This document shows, piece by piece, positions 14,419 to 23,079 of a stretch of 64,000 bases of DNA. The stretch spans positions 708,291 through 772,290 of the forward strand of contig CBFHKH010000001.1 of NCBI GenBank assembly GCA_965656375.1, in the 5' to 3' direction. Under the pieces are notes generated by a model. The model saw only the letters and a program-made list of their open reading frames with translations, did no database searches and was not told the origin of the DNA. Position numbers and translations under genes: made by a program. This DNA comes from Minisyncoccia bacterium. Lineage in GTDB: Bacteria; Patescibacteriota; Minisyncoccia; Phycocordibacterales; UBA9973. Each line of letters begins with the position of its first letter. The stretch's first letter is position 1.

Positions 14419-16122
14419 ATGGAAACTCGTAACTGTATAAACTGTAAACAAAACTTTACCATTGAACCAGATGATTTTTCATTCTACGAAAAAATGAAGG
14501 TGCCCGCACCGACTTTTTGCCCGGAATGTCGAATGATCCGAAGAATGTGCTGGCGTAATCACAGATCATTTTATCGACGTGCATGTGCGATTTGTTCAAA
14601 ATCTCTCTTGTCAGTATATAAGGAAGATAATGCTCCTGTAATGTGTGTAGAATGTTGGAATTCTGATGATTGGGATAATTTTAAGCTTGGGAAAGACATA
14701 GATTGGAATCGCCCACTATTCTCACAAATAAATGAACTATTTGAATTTCAGCCAAGAGTTTTCCAATATCGAGCTGGGGGTATTGTCATAAATTCTGATT
14801 ATGCAAATTCTGTCGTAAATTCAAAGAATATCTATCTTTCTTTTTCAGTTTTAGAATCGGAAGATATCTTATTTTCTGAAAATGTAGATGGGGGTAAAAA
14901 TTCTATGGATTGTCTGTATGATTCAAAAATAGATACATGCTATTGGAATATAGATTCTTCAGAGAATTATAATTGTAAGTTTATGCTTGAAACAAGTAAA
15001 AATATAGATTCTTCTTTTCTCTATGATTGTGCTAATTGCCAGAATTGTTGTCTGAGTTCTAATTTAAGAAATAAATCCTTCGTGTTTAGGAACAAACAAT
15101 TACGTAAAGAAGAATATAATAAAGAGTTAGAAAAATTGTCACTCAGTACTTTCTCAGGTATAGAAAATGCAAAAAAAGAATTTAAAGAAGTTAGGAAAGA
15201 AGCTATCAGTAAGTATTCATCAATAATCAACTGTGTGAATGCTTCGGGTGAGCATATTTATAATTCCAAAGATGTGAAATCTTCTTTCCATGTTTTTGGT
15301 TCAGAGAATGTATCTGATAGTTTTAGAATAGTTTCTTCGAAAGACATGAAGGACTGTTGTTGGGTTCTGACAGGAGAATTGGAATACGAAACAATATCTG
15401 GAACAAATAACTCTAGTGCGCAAATAGGGTGCGCTGTTTGTTTTAATTCATCGCAAATGGAGTATTCTATTTTTTGTAGAGCATGTTCAAACTGTTTTGG
15501 ATGTGTTGGTTTGAAAAATGCGCAATACTGTATATTGAATAAACAGTATACGAAAGAAGAGTATGCAGATTTAGTTCCGAGACTGAGACAACATATGATT
15601 GATATACCATTCATTGATTCAAAGAATCGTGTATATAGATATGGAGAATTTTATCCATATGAAATGTCTCCATTTGGATATAATGAAACGCTAGCTCATG
15701 ATTATTTTCCAAAAACAAAAGAAATAATAGAACAGGAAGGATTCAATTGGAAATCAGCAGAATTAAAGGGGTATCAAATTACCATACAGAGTAAAGATTT
15801 GCCGGAGGATATTAAAGAAGTTAGTGAAAGTATACTAAACGAAGTTATAGGATGCCCGAACAATGGTAACTACATGCTTCAATGCACTACTGCTTTTAAA
15901 ATTTCACAAGAAGAATTTGTTTTTTATAAAAAAAATGAACTTCCATTACCACGGTACTGTCCAAATTGCCGCCATTATGAACGCTTAAGGGAGAGAAACC
16001 CTATGAAACTCTATATAAGAGAGTGTTCGAACGGCTGCGGGCGTAATTTTTCGACGACATACGCTCCAGATCGACCTGAGAAGGTCTATTGTGAGCAGTG
16101 TTACCAGGCAGAAGTACTCTAA
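14419..16122 (+). CDS. Cys-rich multi-zinc-ribbon protein, paralog 2 of 3 (567 aa)
   Basis: Same N- and C-terminal modules (CINCKQNFTIEPDDFSFYEKMKVPAPTFCPECR…; …FYKKNELPLPRYCPNCRHYERL…YCEQCYQAEVL). Conserved YGEFYPYEMSPFGYNETLAHDYFP segment. Confidence 0.6.
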   Translation: METRNCINCKQNFTIEPDDFSFYEKMKVPAPTFCPECRMIRRMCWRNHRSFYRRACAICSKSLLSVYKEDNAPVMCVECWNSDDWDNFKLGKDIDWNRPLFSQINELFEFQPRVFQYRAGGIVINSDYANSVVNSKNIYLSFSVLESEDILFSENVDGGKNSMDCLYDSKIDTCYWNIDSSENYNCKFMLETSKNIDSSFLYDCANCQNCCLSSNLRNKSFVFRNKQLRKEEYNKELEKLSLSTFSGIENAKKEFKEVRKEAISKYSSIINCVNASGEHIYNSKDVKSSFHVFGSENVSDSFRIVSSKDMKDCCWVLTGELEYETISGTNNSSAQIGCAVCFNSSQMEYSIFCRACSNCFGCVGLKNAQYCILNKQYTKEEYADLVPRLRQHMIDIPFIDSKNRVYRYGEFYPYEMSPFGYNETLAHDYFPKTKEIIEQEGFNWKSAELKGYQITIQSKDLPEDIKEVSESILNEVIGCPNNGNYMLQCTTAFKISQEEFVFYKKNELPLPRYCPNCRHYERLRERNPMKLYIRECSNGCGRNFSTTYAPDRPEKVYCEQCYQAEVL

Positions 16123-16143
16123 AGTGGGGATAAGTAGACCCGA

Positions 16144-16181
16144 AACACCTAAAAAAATTTGAATTTTTTTAGGTGTTTTAA
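16144..16181 (+). terminator. rho-independent terminator (aacacctaaaaaaa…tttttttaggtgtt)
   Basis: 14-bp inverted repeat plus T-tail about 20 nt after the paralog-2 stop. Confidence 0.65.
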
Positions 16182-16309
16182 TTTAGAGAAATTTTGTCAA
16201 TTTTTCTCCCAAAAAACGCTACGGCTGAACGATTTTTCTCAAAAGTTTTTTATAAGGGTTGACGAAGTTCTGTGGCCAATACATAGTTGTGTCTCCGCAT
16301 AGTTTTCTC

Positions 16310-16339
16310 TTGTAGATTAACTTACACTGAGAGTATAAT
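16310..16339 (+). promoter_or_regulatory. candidate sigma70-type promoter for nrdA (TTGTAG - 18 nt - TATAAT)
   Basis: A consensus -10 TATAAT at about 16334-16339 with a -35-like hexamer 18 nt upstream. It lies about 65 nt before the nrdA ATG. Sequence-only prediction. Confidence 0.35.
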
Positions 16340-16404
16340 ATATGCCCGAGAGATACGGCTAACTAAAAATCTATTATTAATGTGCAGTAATTTTTAAAAA
16401 ACGC

Positions 16405-19002
16405 ATGACAATAACCATCACCAAGAGAGACGGTACAAAAGCATCTTTTAATGCAGATCGAATCAACAAATCCATAGAGCGCGCATGCTATGGTATGACC
16501 GATCCTATCAGTAAAGTCATTCAGATCGCGACAGAAACACGACTAACTCTCTACGATGGTATCACTACCGAGGAACTTGATCTTGCGACGATCAACGCTG
16601 CGCTCCAAAATACGCAGTATGATCTTGAATTCGACAAGATTGCGACTCGGCTTCTCCTCAAAGTTATCTACAAGAAGGTGATGGGAGACTATGATCCTGA
16701 TAACGAAGCTGCGCTTATCACAAAAGACGAATTTGCAAAGCTCCATGGAGAGCATTTCAAGGAATATATCCTTGATGCTGTTGAACGCAATCTTCTTGAT
16801 GCACGTATGGCGACATTGTTTGATCTCGATCAACTTGCGGAGAGTCTCAATGTTCTCAATGATGAACTCTACAAATATTCTGGACTCTCGACGATGCTCA
16901 ATCGCTATCTCATGAAAGATGAGAAGCAGTCTCCTCTTGAAACCCCGCAATATTTTTGGATGAGAGTAGCGATGGGTATGTCGCTCTCTGAGAAAAATCC
17001 AACAGAGTGGGCGAAAAAATTCTATGCAAAGATGTCTGCACTTGAATATCTTTCTGCTGGCTCTTCAAACATTGGTGCAGGAACTCCAAAACCAAAACTC
17101 TCAAACTGTTTCTTGATGGAAATTCATGATGACATGGAACACATCGGTAAAACTGTTTCTGACGTGCTCCTTCTTTCAAAAGCAACCGGTGGTATTGGTC
17201 TATCTGTCACAAAACTCCGCGCTGAAGGTTCACTCCTTAAATCAAACAACACTGTTTCATCTGGACCAGTTCCATTCATGCATATCATCGACTCTGCTGT
17301 TCGCGCAGTGCAGCGCGGAGGCAAGAAAAAAGGCGCACTCTGCTTCTACATGGAGAACTGGCATTTGAATTTCCAAGACTTTCTCGATTTGAAACAGAAC
17401 AATGGTGATGACTATCGTCGTGCCCGTACGGCAAATACTGCTGTCTATATATCAGACGAATTTATGAAGCGTGTGATCGCAGGGGATGATTGGTATCTCT
17501 TTGATCCAAAGGAAGTTATAGATCTCAATGAGCTCTATGGCAAGGAATTCTCCAAGCGATATAACGAATACGTCGAGCAGGCAAAAGCAGGTCGCATAAA
17601 GCTCTATACGGTGCTTCCTGCCCGCCAGCAATACAAGAATATCCTTATTTCTCTCCAGACGACTTCACACCCGTGGCTTACCTGGAAAGATACGATCAAT
17701 GTTCGTGCGCTTAACAACAACACTGGTACGATCCACTGTTCGAATCTCTGTACGGAGGTCACGCTTCCAACTGACCGCGACAATGTAGCAGTTTGTAACC
17801 TTGTATCTATCAATATCGCTCGCCACATCGTAGCGGGACAGATTGATTGGCACAAGCTTGAGGATAGTACACGTCTTGCGATTCGCCAACTCGACAATCT
17901 TGTCGACATCAATGAACTTCCAATTCCAGAAGCTCGTCGCGCAGACTCAGAGAATAGAGCAGTTGGACTTGGACTCATGGGATTCTCTGATGCGATCGAA
18001 CAGCTCGGATATTCATACGAAGATAAAGAGGCGCATGATTTTTCTGACCAAGTATTTGAATTCATCTCCTACATGGCGATCGATGAAAGTGCAAATCTTG
18101 CGGAGGAGCGCGGTGCATATAAAAATTTCAAGGGATCAGAATGGTCAAAGGGCCATGTGCCGATCGATACGATGGACAAGCTTGCGCTTGAACGTGGACG
18201 CGAACTTCTTACAAAGAAAGATTCTGCAAAACTTCTCCCTGTTCTTGATTGGGACAAGATCCGCGCAAAAGTGAAGAAGGGAATCCGTAATGCGACTCTT
18301 CTTGCGATTGCACCAAATGCGAACATCGGCCTCGTTGCAGGGACTGCACCAGGTATCGATCCGCGATTTGCACAGATGTTCTCTCGCAACAAAATCTCTG
18401 GTAAATATCTTGAAATCAACCCTAACCTTGTGAAAGCGCTTCAAAAAGAAAAACTCTGGGAGACAGTTCGCGAACAGATACTCGAACATCATGGAGATAT
18501 TGAAGAGATTGCTGAAATCCCAGATACAATCAAGCGCATCTACAAGACTTCATTCTCAGTTTCTCCATATGCATATATTGAAGTCGCAGCTCGTGCGCAG
18601 AAGTGGGTAGATATGGGAATCTCACGCAATATGTATCTCGACATCCGAGATATCGATGAGATCATGAATATCTATACGAGTGCATGGGATCGAGGACTCA
18701 AGACTACATACTATCTCCATATGAAACCTCGCCACACTGCTGAGCAATCTACCATCAAGGTCAATAAATCAGAAGCGATGGGACGCCGTGGATTCGCAGC
18801 TCTCCGACAGGCAAAAGTCACACCTGTACTGGCAGAAGAAAAAGTCCTTGAAGAGAATGGTGTCATGCCACTCTCTGCGCTTCCAAAAGGAGAAAATATA
18901 GCAGATGTTGCTCGAATCCCGAGTAAAGAAGCCGAAGAAGCATCGCATATCTGCCTCCCTGAAGATCCTAATGATAAGTTTTTGTGTGAAAGTTGTCAGT
19001 AA
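16405..19002 (+). CDS. nrdA: class I ribonucleotide reductase alpha subunit with N-terminal ATP-cone
   Basis: ATP-cone N-terminus (ITKRDGTKASFNADRINKSIERAC). 865 aa. C-terminal Cys pair (…CESCQ). Immediately followed by nrdB. Confidence 0.85.
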   Translation: MTITITKRDGTKASFNADRINKSIERACYGMTDPISKVIQIATETRLTLYDGITTEELDLATINAALQNTQYDLEFDKIATRLLLKVIYKKVMGDYDPDNEAALITKDEFAKLHGEHFKEYILDAVERNLLDARMATLFDLDQLAESLNVLNDELYKYSGLSTMLNRYLMKDEKQSPLETPQYFWMRVAMGMSLSEKNPTEWAKKFYAKMSALEYLSAGSSNIGAGTPKPKLSNCFLMEIHDDMEHIGKTVSDVLLLSKATGGIGLSVTKLRAEGSLLKSNNTVSSGPVPFMHIIDSAVRAVQRGGKKKGALCFYMENWHLNFQDFLDLKQNNGDDYRRARTANTAVYISDEFMKRVIAGDDWYLFDPKEVIDLNELYGKEFSKRYNEYVEQAKAGRIKLYTVLPARQQYKNILISLQTTSHPWLTWKDTINVRALNNNTGTIHCSNLCTEVTLPTDRDNVAVCNLVSINIARHIVAGQIDWHKLEDSTRLAIRQLDNLVDINELPIPEARRADSENRAVGLGLMGFSDAIEQLGYSYEDKEAHDFSDQVFEFISYMAIDESANLAEERGAYKNFKGSEWSKGHVPIDTMDKLALERGRELLTKKDSAKLLPVLDWDKIRAKVKKGIRNATLLAIAPNANIGLVAGTAPGIDPRFAQMFSRNKISGKYLEINPNLVKALQKEKLWETVREQILEHHGDIEEIAEIPDTIKRIYKTSFSVSPYAYIEVAARAQKWVDMGISRNMYLDIRDIDEIMNIYTSAWDRGLKTTYYLHMKPRHTAEQSTIKVNKSEAMGRRGFAALRQAKVTPVLAEEKVLEENGVMPLSALPKGENIADVARIPSKEAEEASHICLPEDPNDKFLCESCQ

Positions 19003-19115
19003 ATAGCCATTAGCAGTTAGCATTTAGCTACTAGCCAATGCACATTATAATCTAACTAGTCTTTCAGTAATTACTCGCTAAATGCTAGGAGCTAATCGCT
19101 AAAAGCTAACTATAT
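19003..19115 (+). promoter_or_regulatory. heptad-repeat leader: (TAGCNNN)x5 - 38 nt containing TATAAT - (NGCTANN)x5 - 5 nt - ATG of nrdB
   Basis: tagccat tagcagt tagcatt tagctac tagcc … cattataat … cgctaaa tgctagg agctaat cgctaaa agctaac tatat ATG. Exact period 7. The two arrays are mutually complementary (TAGC/GCTA). The same design recurs before fusA and, 3' half only, before rplK. Confidence 0.55.
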
Positions 19116-20129
19116 ATGATTTTAGGAAAAGCATCACCTGAAGATATGAATCTTCACCCCATGCATTATAAGTGGGCATATGAACTCTATAACCAAGCAG
19201 TGCGTAATACCTGGTTCCCGCATGAAATAGCTCTTGGTGAAGACCTCGTTGACTGGAAAGCAATGACCGAAGACGAGCGCCATGCTGTCGAATTTTTGAT
19301 GGCATTCTTTAATCCAGCAGAGCTTATTGTTAATCGTAGTCTAGCTCTTGGGGTGTACCCGTATATCAAAAGTCCAGAATGTCACTTGTATTTGGCAAAG
19401 CAGATGTTTGAAGAAGCGAACCACTGCGTATCATTTGAATACGTACTTGAGACATTCCCACTCGATCGAGATCGTGTTTACAATGTCCACCTTGAGCTTG
19501 ATTCAATGGTAAAGAAAGAGGATTTCATCAAGAAATATCTGATTCGCATGACCGAAGATACACTTGATATCGAAACCGAAGAAGGAAAGAAAGATTTCGT
19601 CCGTAATCTTGTTGCAACAAATATCGTCATGGAAGGAATCTGGTTCTACTCAGGCTTCATGGTTGCACTTTCATTCCGTCAACGCAATCAACTCCGCAAC
19701 CTCGGTTCAATGATCAACTGGGTTATCCGTGATGAGTCTCTTCACTTAAAATTCGGTATTAATTTGATCCACACTATTCTCGAAGAAAATGCAGAAATTC
19801 TTACGGAAGAATTCGCAAACGAGATCCGCGATATTGTCATTGAAGGAGTGAACCTTGAAGTTGCATACAACAAAGATTTATTCCCGAAGGGTATTCTCGG
19901 GCTCAATGCTGACTATGTGAACCAGTATGTACAGTATGTAGCTGACCGCCGTCTTGAAGAGCTTGGCCTTGCTCCGCACTTTAATGTCACAAATCCTGCG
20001 AAATGGATGGCTACCTCTACTGACGTCTATGAGCTCGTAAACTTCTTCGAAGCGCAGAATACAGCATACGAAGTTGATGCTCATGGTCACAACAATGAGA
20101 AGAAGCATGACAAAAAAGAGGAAGAGTAG
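19116..20129 (+). CDS. nrdB: class I ribonucleotide reductase beta subunit (di-iron/tyrosyl radical)
   Basis: 337 aa, E..H iron-ligand spacing (…EEANHCVSFEYVLE…), directly downstream of nrdA. Confidence 0.8.
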   Translation: MILGKASPEDMNLHPMHYKWAYELYNQAVRNTWFPHEIALGEDLVDWKAMTEDERHAVEFLMAFFNPAELIVNRSLALGVYPYIKSPECHLYLAKQMFEEANHCVSFEYVLETFPLDRDRVYNVHLELDSMVKKEDFIKKYLIRMTEDTLDIETEEGKKDFVRNLVATNIVMEGIWFYSGFMVALSFRQRNQLRNLGSMINWVIRDESLHLKFGINLIHTILEENAEILTEEFANEIRDIVIEGVNLEVAYNKDLFPKGILGLNADYVNQYVQYVADRRLEELGLAPHFNVTNPAKWMATSTDVYELVNFFEAQNTAYEVDAHGHNNEKKHDKKEEE

Positions 20130-20142
20130 TACCATAGAGTAT

Positions 20143-20721
20143 ATGAAATCAAAACAAGCAAAATTCATACTTATAATAGCCGCAGTCATTATTGTTGTTA
20201 TAGGTCTTGGCTTCCTTACTAATAAAGCACAAGGTCCGGGTACATACGATGAATTCGCAAAAGCACTTAAAGCAGGTGGCGCAGAATTTTATGGAGCTTT
20301 TTGGTGTCCACATTGCCAAGCACAAAAAGAAGAGTTTGGTACTTCTAAGAAATACCTTCCCTATATAGAGTGTTCAAATCCGAACCAGTCAATGACCCAG
20401 GTCTGTAAAGATAAAAAGATCGAAAGCTATCCAACATGGATGTTTAGAGATGGCATTACTCTCAAATCAACTGTTCCACCTACCGTCTGTGATATCAAGC
20501 CAGGTAAAGCAGGTGAAGATGCAGTTTGTGCAAATGCTTCTTCACAGTATTACAAGACATGGGTTTTCCCTGGGTATAAATTCTCTATCAAGAGTCCATC
20601 TGATCCGATCGTTGAGAATGGGGTTTGGAAATTCCCACAAGGCTCAGAAACAACCGGAGAACTACCACTACAATTCCTTGCAGAGCAAATCGGCTTCACT
20701 CTACCAGCTGATACAGAATAA
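20143..20721 (+). CDS. DsbA/BdbD-like thioredoxin-fold thiol-disulfide oxidoreductase with N-terminal membrane anchor
   Basis: CxxC in FWCPHCQAQKEEF. N-terminal TM (FILIIAAVIIVVIGLGFL). The start was taken at the in-frame ATG at 20143, since the track ORF 20074.. would overlap the nrdB 3' end. Confidence 0.6.
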   Translation: MKSKQAKFILIIAAVIIVVIGLGFLTNKAQGPGTYDEFAKALKAGGAEFYGAFWCPHCQAQKEEFGTSKKYLPYIECSNPNQSMTQVCKDKKIESYPTWMFRDGITLKSTVPPTVCDIKPGKAGEDAVCANASSQYYKTWVFPGYKFSIKSPSDPIVENGVWKFPQGSETTGELPLQFLAEQIGFTLPADTE

Positions 20722-20722
20722 T

Positions 20723-21271
20723 ATGCCAGCATATGTAGAAACAGTAAATACGTTACTCGCTCTCGGCACAATTGGAATGCAGATACTTATTGTACTGATC
20801 TTTGCCTCTCTTCTCTTTATGCGATCTCGCAATAATGCCATACTTATATTTTTCAATAAGTATGGCTTTTATTGTGGTTTTACGATTGCACTCTCATCAG
20901 TATTGATCTCTCTCTTTTATTCTGAAGTTGTCGGATTTGCTGCATGTGAGCTTTGTTGGGTTCAGAGGTACTTTATCTATCCACAAGTATTGATATTTGG
21001 TTTGCTTATCTGGTGGAAAGAAAAGAAACAGCTTATAAACTTGAGCGGTCTCATCGCGTTCTTGGGAATGTTCGTCTCAATCTATCATGTCTATATAGAA
21101 AATGGGGGCAGTTCAAGTCTCGCATGTTCAAACTACGTCGAGGGAAGCGTCACCTGCGCTGCTCGCTATATATTTGAATTTGGCTATGTCACTATCCCCG
21201 TCATGGCGCTGACAGCCCAAGTGTTTATTCTCGTTCTTATTTTGAACCACAAATACATGGCTCGAACATAA
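20723..21271 (+). CDS. disulfide bond formation protein B, BdbC-type
   Basis: CELCWVQR matches the BdbC/DsbB first-loop motif (B. subtilis BdbC has CELCWYQR). A second Cys pair C…C lies in the second loop. 4 TM helices. The start was taken at the in-frame ATG (MPAYVETVN…) abutting the upstream stop. Confidence 0.75.
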   Translation: MPAYVETVNTLLALGTIGMQILIVLIFASLLFMRSRNNAILIFFNKYGFYCGFTIALSSVLISLFYSEVVGFAACELCWVQRYFIYPQVLIFGLLIWWKEKKQLINLSGLIAFLGMFVSIYHVYIENGGSSSLACSNYVEGSVTCAARYIFEFGYVTIPVMALTAQVFILVLILNHKYMART

Positions 21272-21317
21272 TCTACGTATCTATACATAGATTCTCGTTT
21301 GTGCCACAATTATATAT

Positions 21318-23057
21318 ATGCAAGCAGAATCTCGAATCTGTCAGAACTGTAAACAAAATTTCACTATCGAATCCGAGGATTTTTCATTCTACGAGAAAAT
21401 CAAAGTCCCTCCGCCGACGTTTTGTCCGGGGTGTTCACACCAGCGTCGCTTTGCGTGGAGAAATACGCATGCACTTTACCACAGGCCAGATAGTGTAACA
21501 GGGAAGGATCTAATTTCTATCTATCATCCTGATGTGAAGATGAATGTTGTTGATCAGAAATATTGGTGGAGTGATGAATGGGATGCCTTTGAGTTTGGAG
21601 AGGGTATAGATTTCTCGAAACCGTTCCTTGTTCAATGGAAAGAGTTACGGGACAGAATACCATTTCAGGCGCTTTCAAATTCAAAGGCAGTAAACAGTGA
21701 TTACTGCAATGTCGCAGAAGAAAGTCATGATTCGTACCTGTGCTCAGCATCCTGGAAGATAGAACGGACACTGTATTCTGATTCGATTTTTGAGACCAAG
21801 GATTGTATTGATGTATGTGTTGTTCATAAAAGTGAGCTGTGTTACGAAGATGTATATTGTACCGATTCGTACAAATTATTTTACAGCGAGAAGTCAAATA
21901 GTTGCACTGATTCTTTCTTTTTATACGATTGCAAGGGTTGCGTAGATTGTTTTATGTGCTCAAATCTTCGCAATAAAAGTTATTGTTTTCAAAATATCCA
22001 ATATTCGAGAGAAGAATATCATACAAAGGTGGCCGAGTATGATCTCGGAAGTTTTTCTACTATAGAGAAACTAAAAAAACAATTTAAGGACTTAAAACAA
22101 ACGGCAGTGCATAAATATGCAAATATCATAAACAGTCACAACACAACTGGTGATAATGTCGACCATGCTGATAATTGTAAATCTTGTTTTGATATAAGTG
22201 GCGGTGTTAAAGACAGCGCACATACATTTTGGGGAGCAAAGGGATTAAACGAGTGTTACTACTGTGGTCCTGGCATTGGATGGGGCGATACCCTCTATGA
22301 ATCTTTTGATGGCGGTGCGGGAGGAGGAAAATTTGTTGCGACTTCTGTCGTTTATTATTCAACCGAAGTTGAATATTCATTTAATTGCTACAGCTGTAAA
22401 AATTGTTTTGGCTGTATAGGTCTCCGTAATAAATCGTATTGTATTCTTAATAGACAATACACCAAAGACGAATATTTCGAATTACTTTCTAAAGTAAAAG
22501 AACATATGGTTTCTATGCCGTATGTAGATAAGAAAGGAAGGATATATTCCTATGGAGAGTTTTTCCCGATAGAACTTTCTCCGTTTGCGTATAATGAAAC
22601 TATTGCGAATGATTTCTATCCGTTATCGAAAGAAGAAATAATTGAAAAAGGGTATTCCTACAGGGAAAAGGAAGACAAAAAATATACACCGACGCTAGAA
22701 ACTAATCAAATTATGGATAACATAAAAGATGTTACGGATGATATTTTGAATGATATTATTGTCTGTGACTCTTTACCTATTTCAGACCTCTGTCCTAAAG
22801 TATTCAAAATCACCCAAGCTGAACTCGCATTCTATCGAAAGTTCAACATACCTATTCCCAGAAAGTGCTACCAATGTCGACACAAAGAACGTTTTCTTAA
22901 ACGCCCACCGCTAAAACTCTGGCACCGGTCATGCATGTGTGAAAAATCAAATCATGCCCATGAAGGCAACTGTCCGAATGAATTCGAGACGAGTTATGCA
23001 CCTGAGCGGCCAGAGATGATTTATTGCGAGAAATGTTATCAACAAGAAGTTATTTAA
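21318..23057 (+). CDS. Cys-rich multi-zinc-ribbon protein, paralog 3 of 3 (579 aa)
   Basis: CQNCKQNFTIESEDFSFYEKIKVPPPTFCPGC… N-module. NCFGCIGLRNKSYC internal module. SYGEFFPIELSPFAYNETIANDFYP. C-module …FYRKFNIPIPRKCYQCRH…YCEKCYQQEVI. Confidence 0.6.
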   Translation: MQAESRICQNCKQNFTIESEDFSFYEKIKVPPPTFCPGCSHQRRFAWRNTHALYHRPDSVTGKDLISIYHPDVKMNVVDQKYWWSDEWDAFEFGEGIDFSKPFLVQWKELRDRIPFQALSNSKAVNSDYCNVAEESHDSYLCSASWKIERTLYSDSIFETKDCIDVCVVHKSELCYEDVYCTDSYKLFYSEKSNSCTDSFFLYDCKGCVDCFMCSNLRNKSYCFQNIQYSREEYHTKVAEYDLGSFSTIEKLKKQFKDLKQTAVHKYANIINSHNTTGDNVDHADNCKSCFDISGGVKDSAHTFWGAKGLNECYYCGPGIGWGDTLYESFDGGAGGGKFVATSVVYYSTEVEYSFNCYSCKNCFGCIGLRNKSYCILNRQYTKDEYFELLSKVKEHMVSMPYVDKKGRIYSYGEFFPIELSPFAYNETIANDFYPLSKEEIIEKGYSYREKEDKKYTPTLETNQIMDNIKDVTDDILNDIIVCDSLPISDLCPKVFKITQAELAFYRKFNIPIPRKCYQCRHKERFLKRPPLKLWHRSCMCEKSNHAHEGNCPNEFETSYAPERPEMIYCEKCYQQEVI

Positions 23058-23079
23058 TTAATAATTATTATTTTTATAT

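Noticed and set aside
16275-16300. NrdR box upstream of nrdA
   Set aside because: Only a weak half-palindrome (acatagttgtgt). It lies upstream of, rather than overlapping, the predicted promoter, and no nrdR is visible in the window. Recorded as a low-interest note only.
12445-23057. Cys-rich paralogs as secreted substrates of the neighbouring DsbA/BdbC
   Set aside because: None of the three has a signal peptide or TM segment. The CxxC…CxxC spacings look like cytoplasmic zinc ribbons, so a direct Dsb-substrate relationship is not supported. A looser redox link remains speculative.
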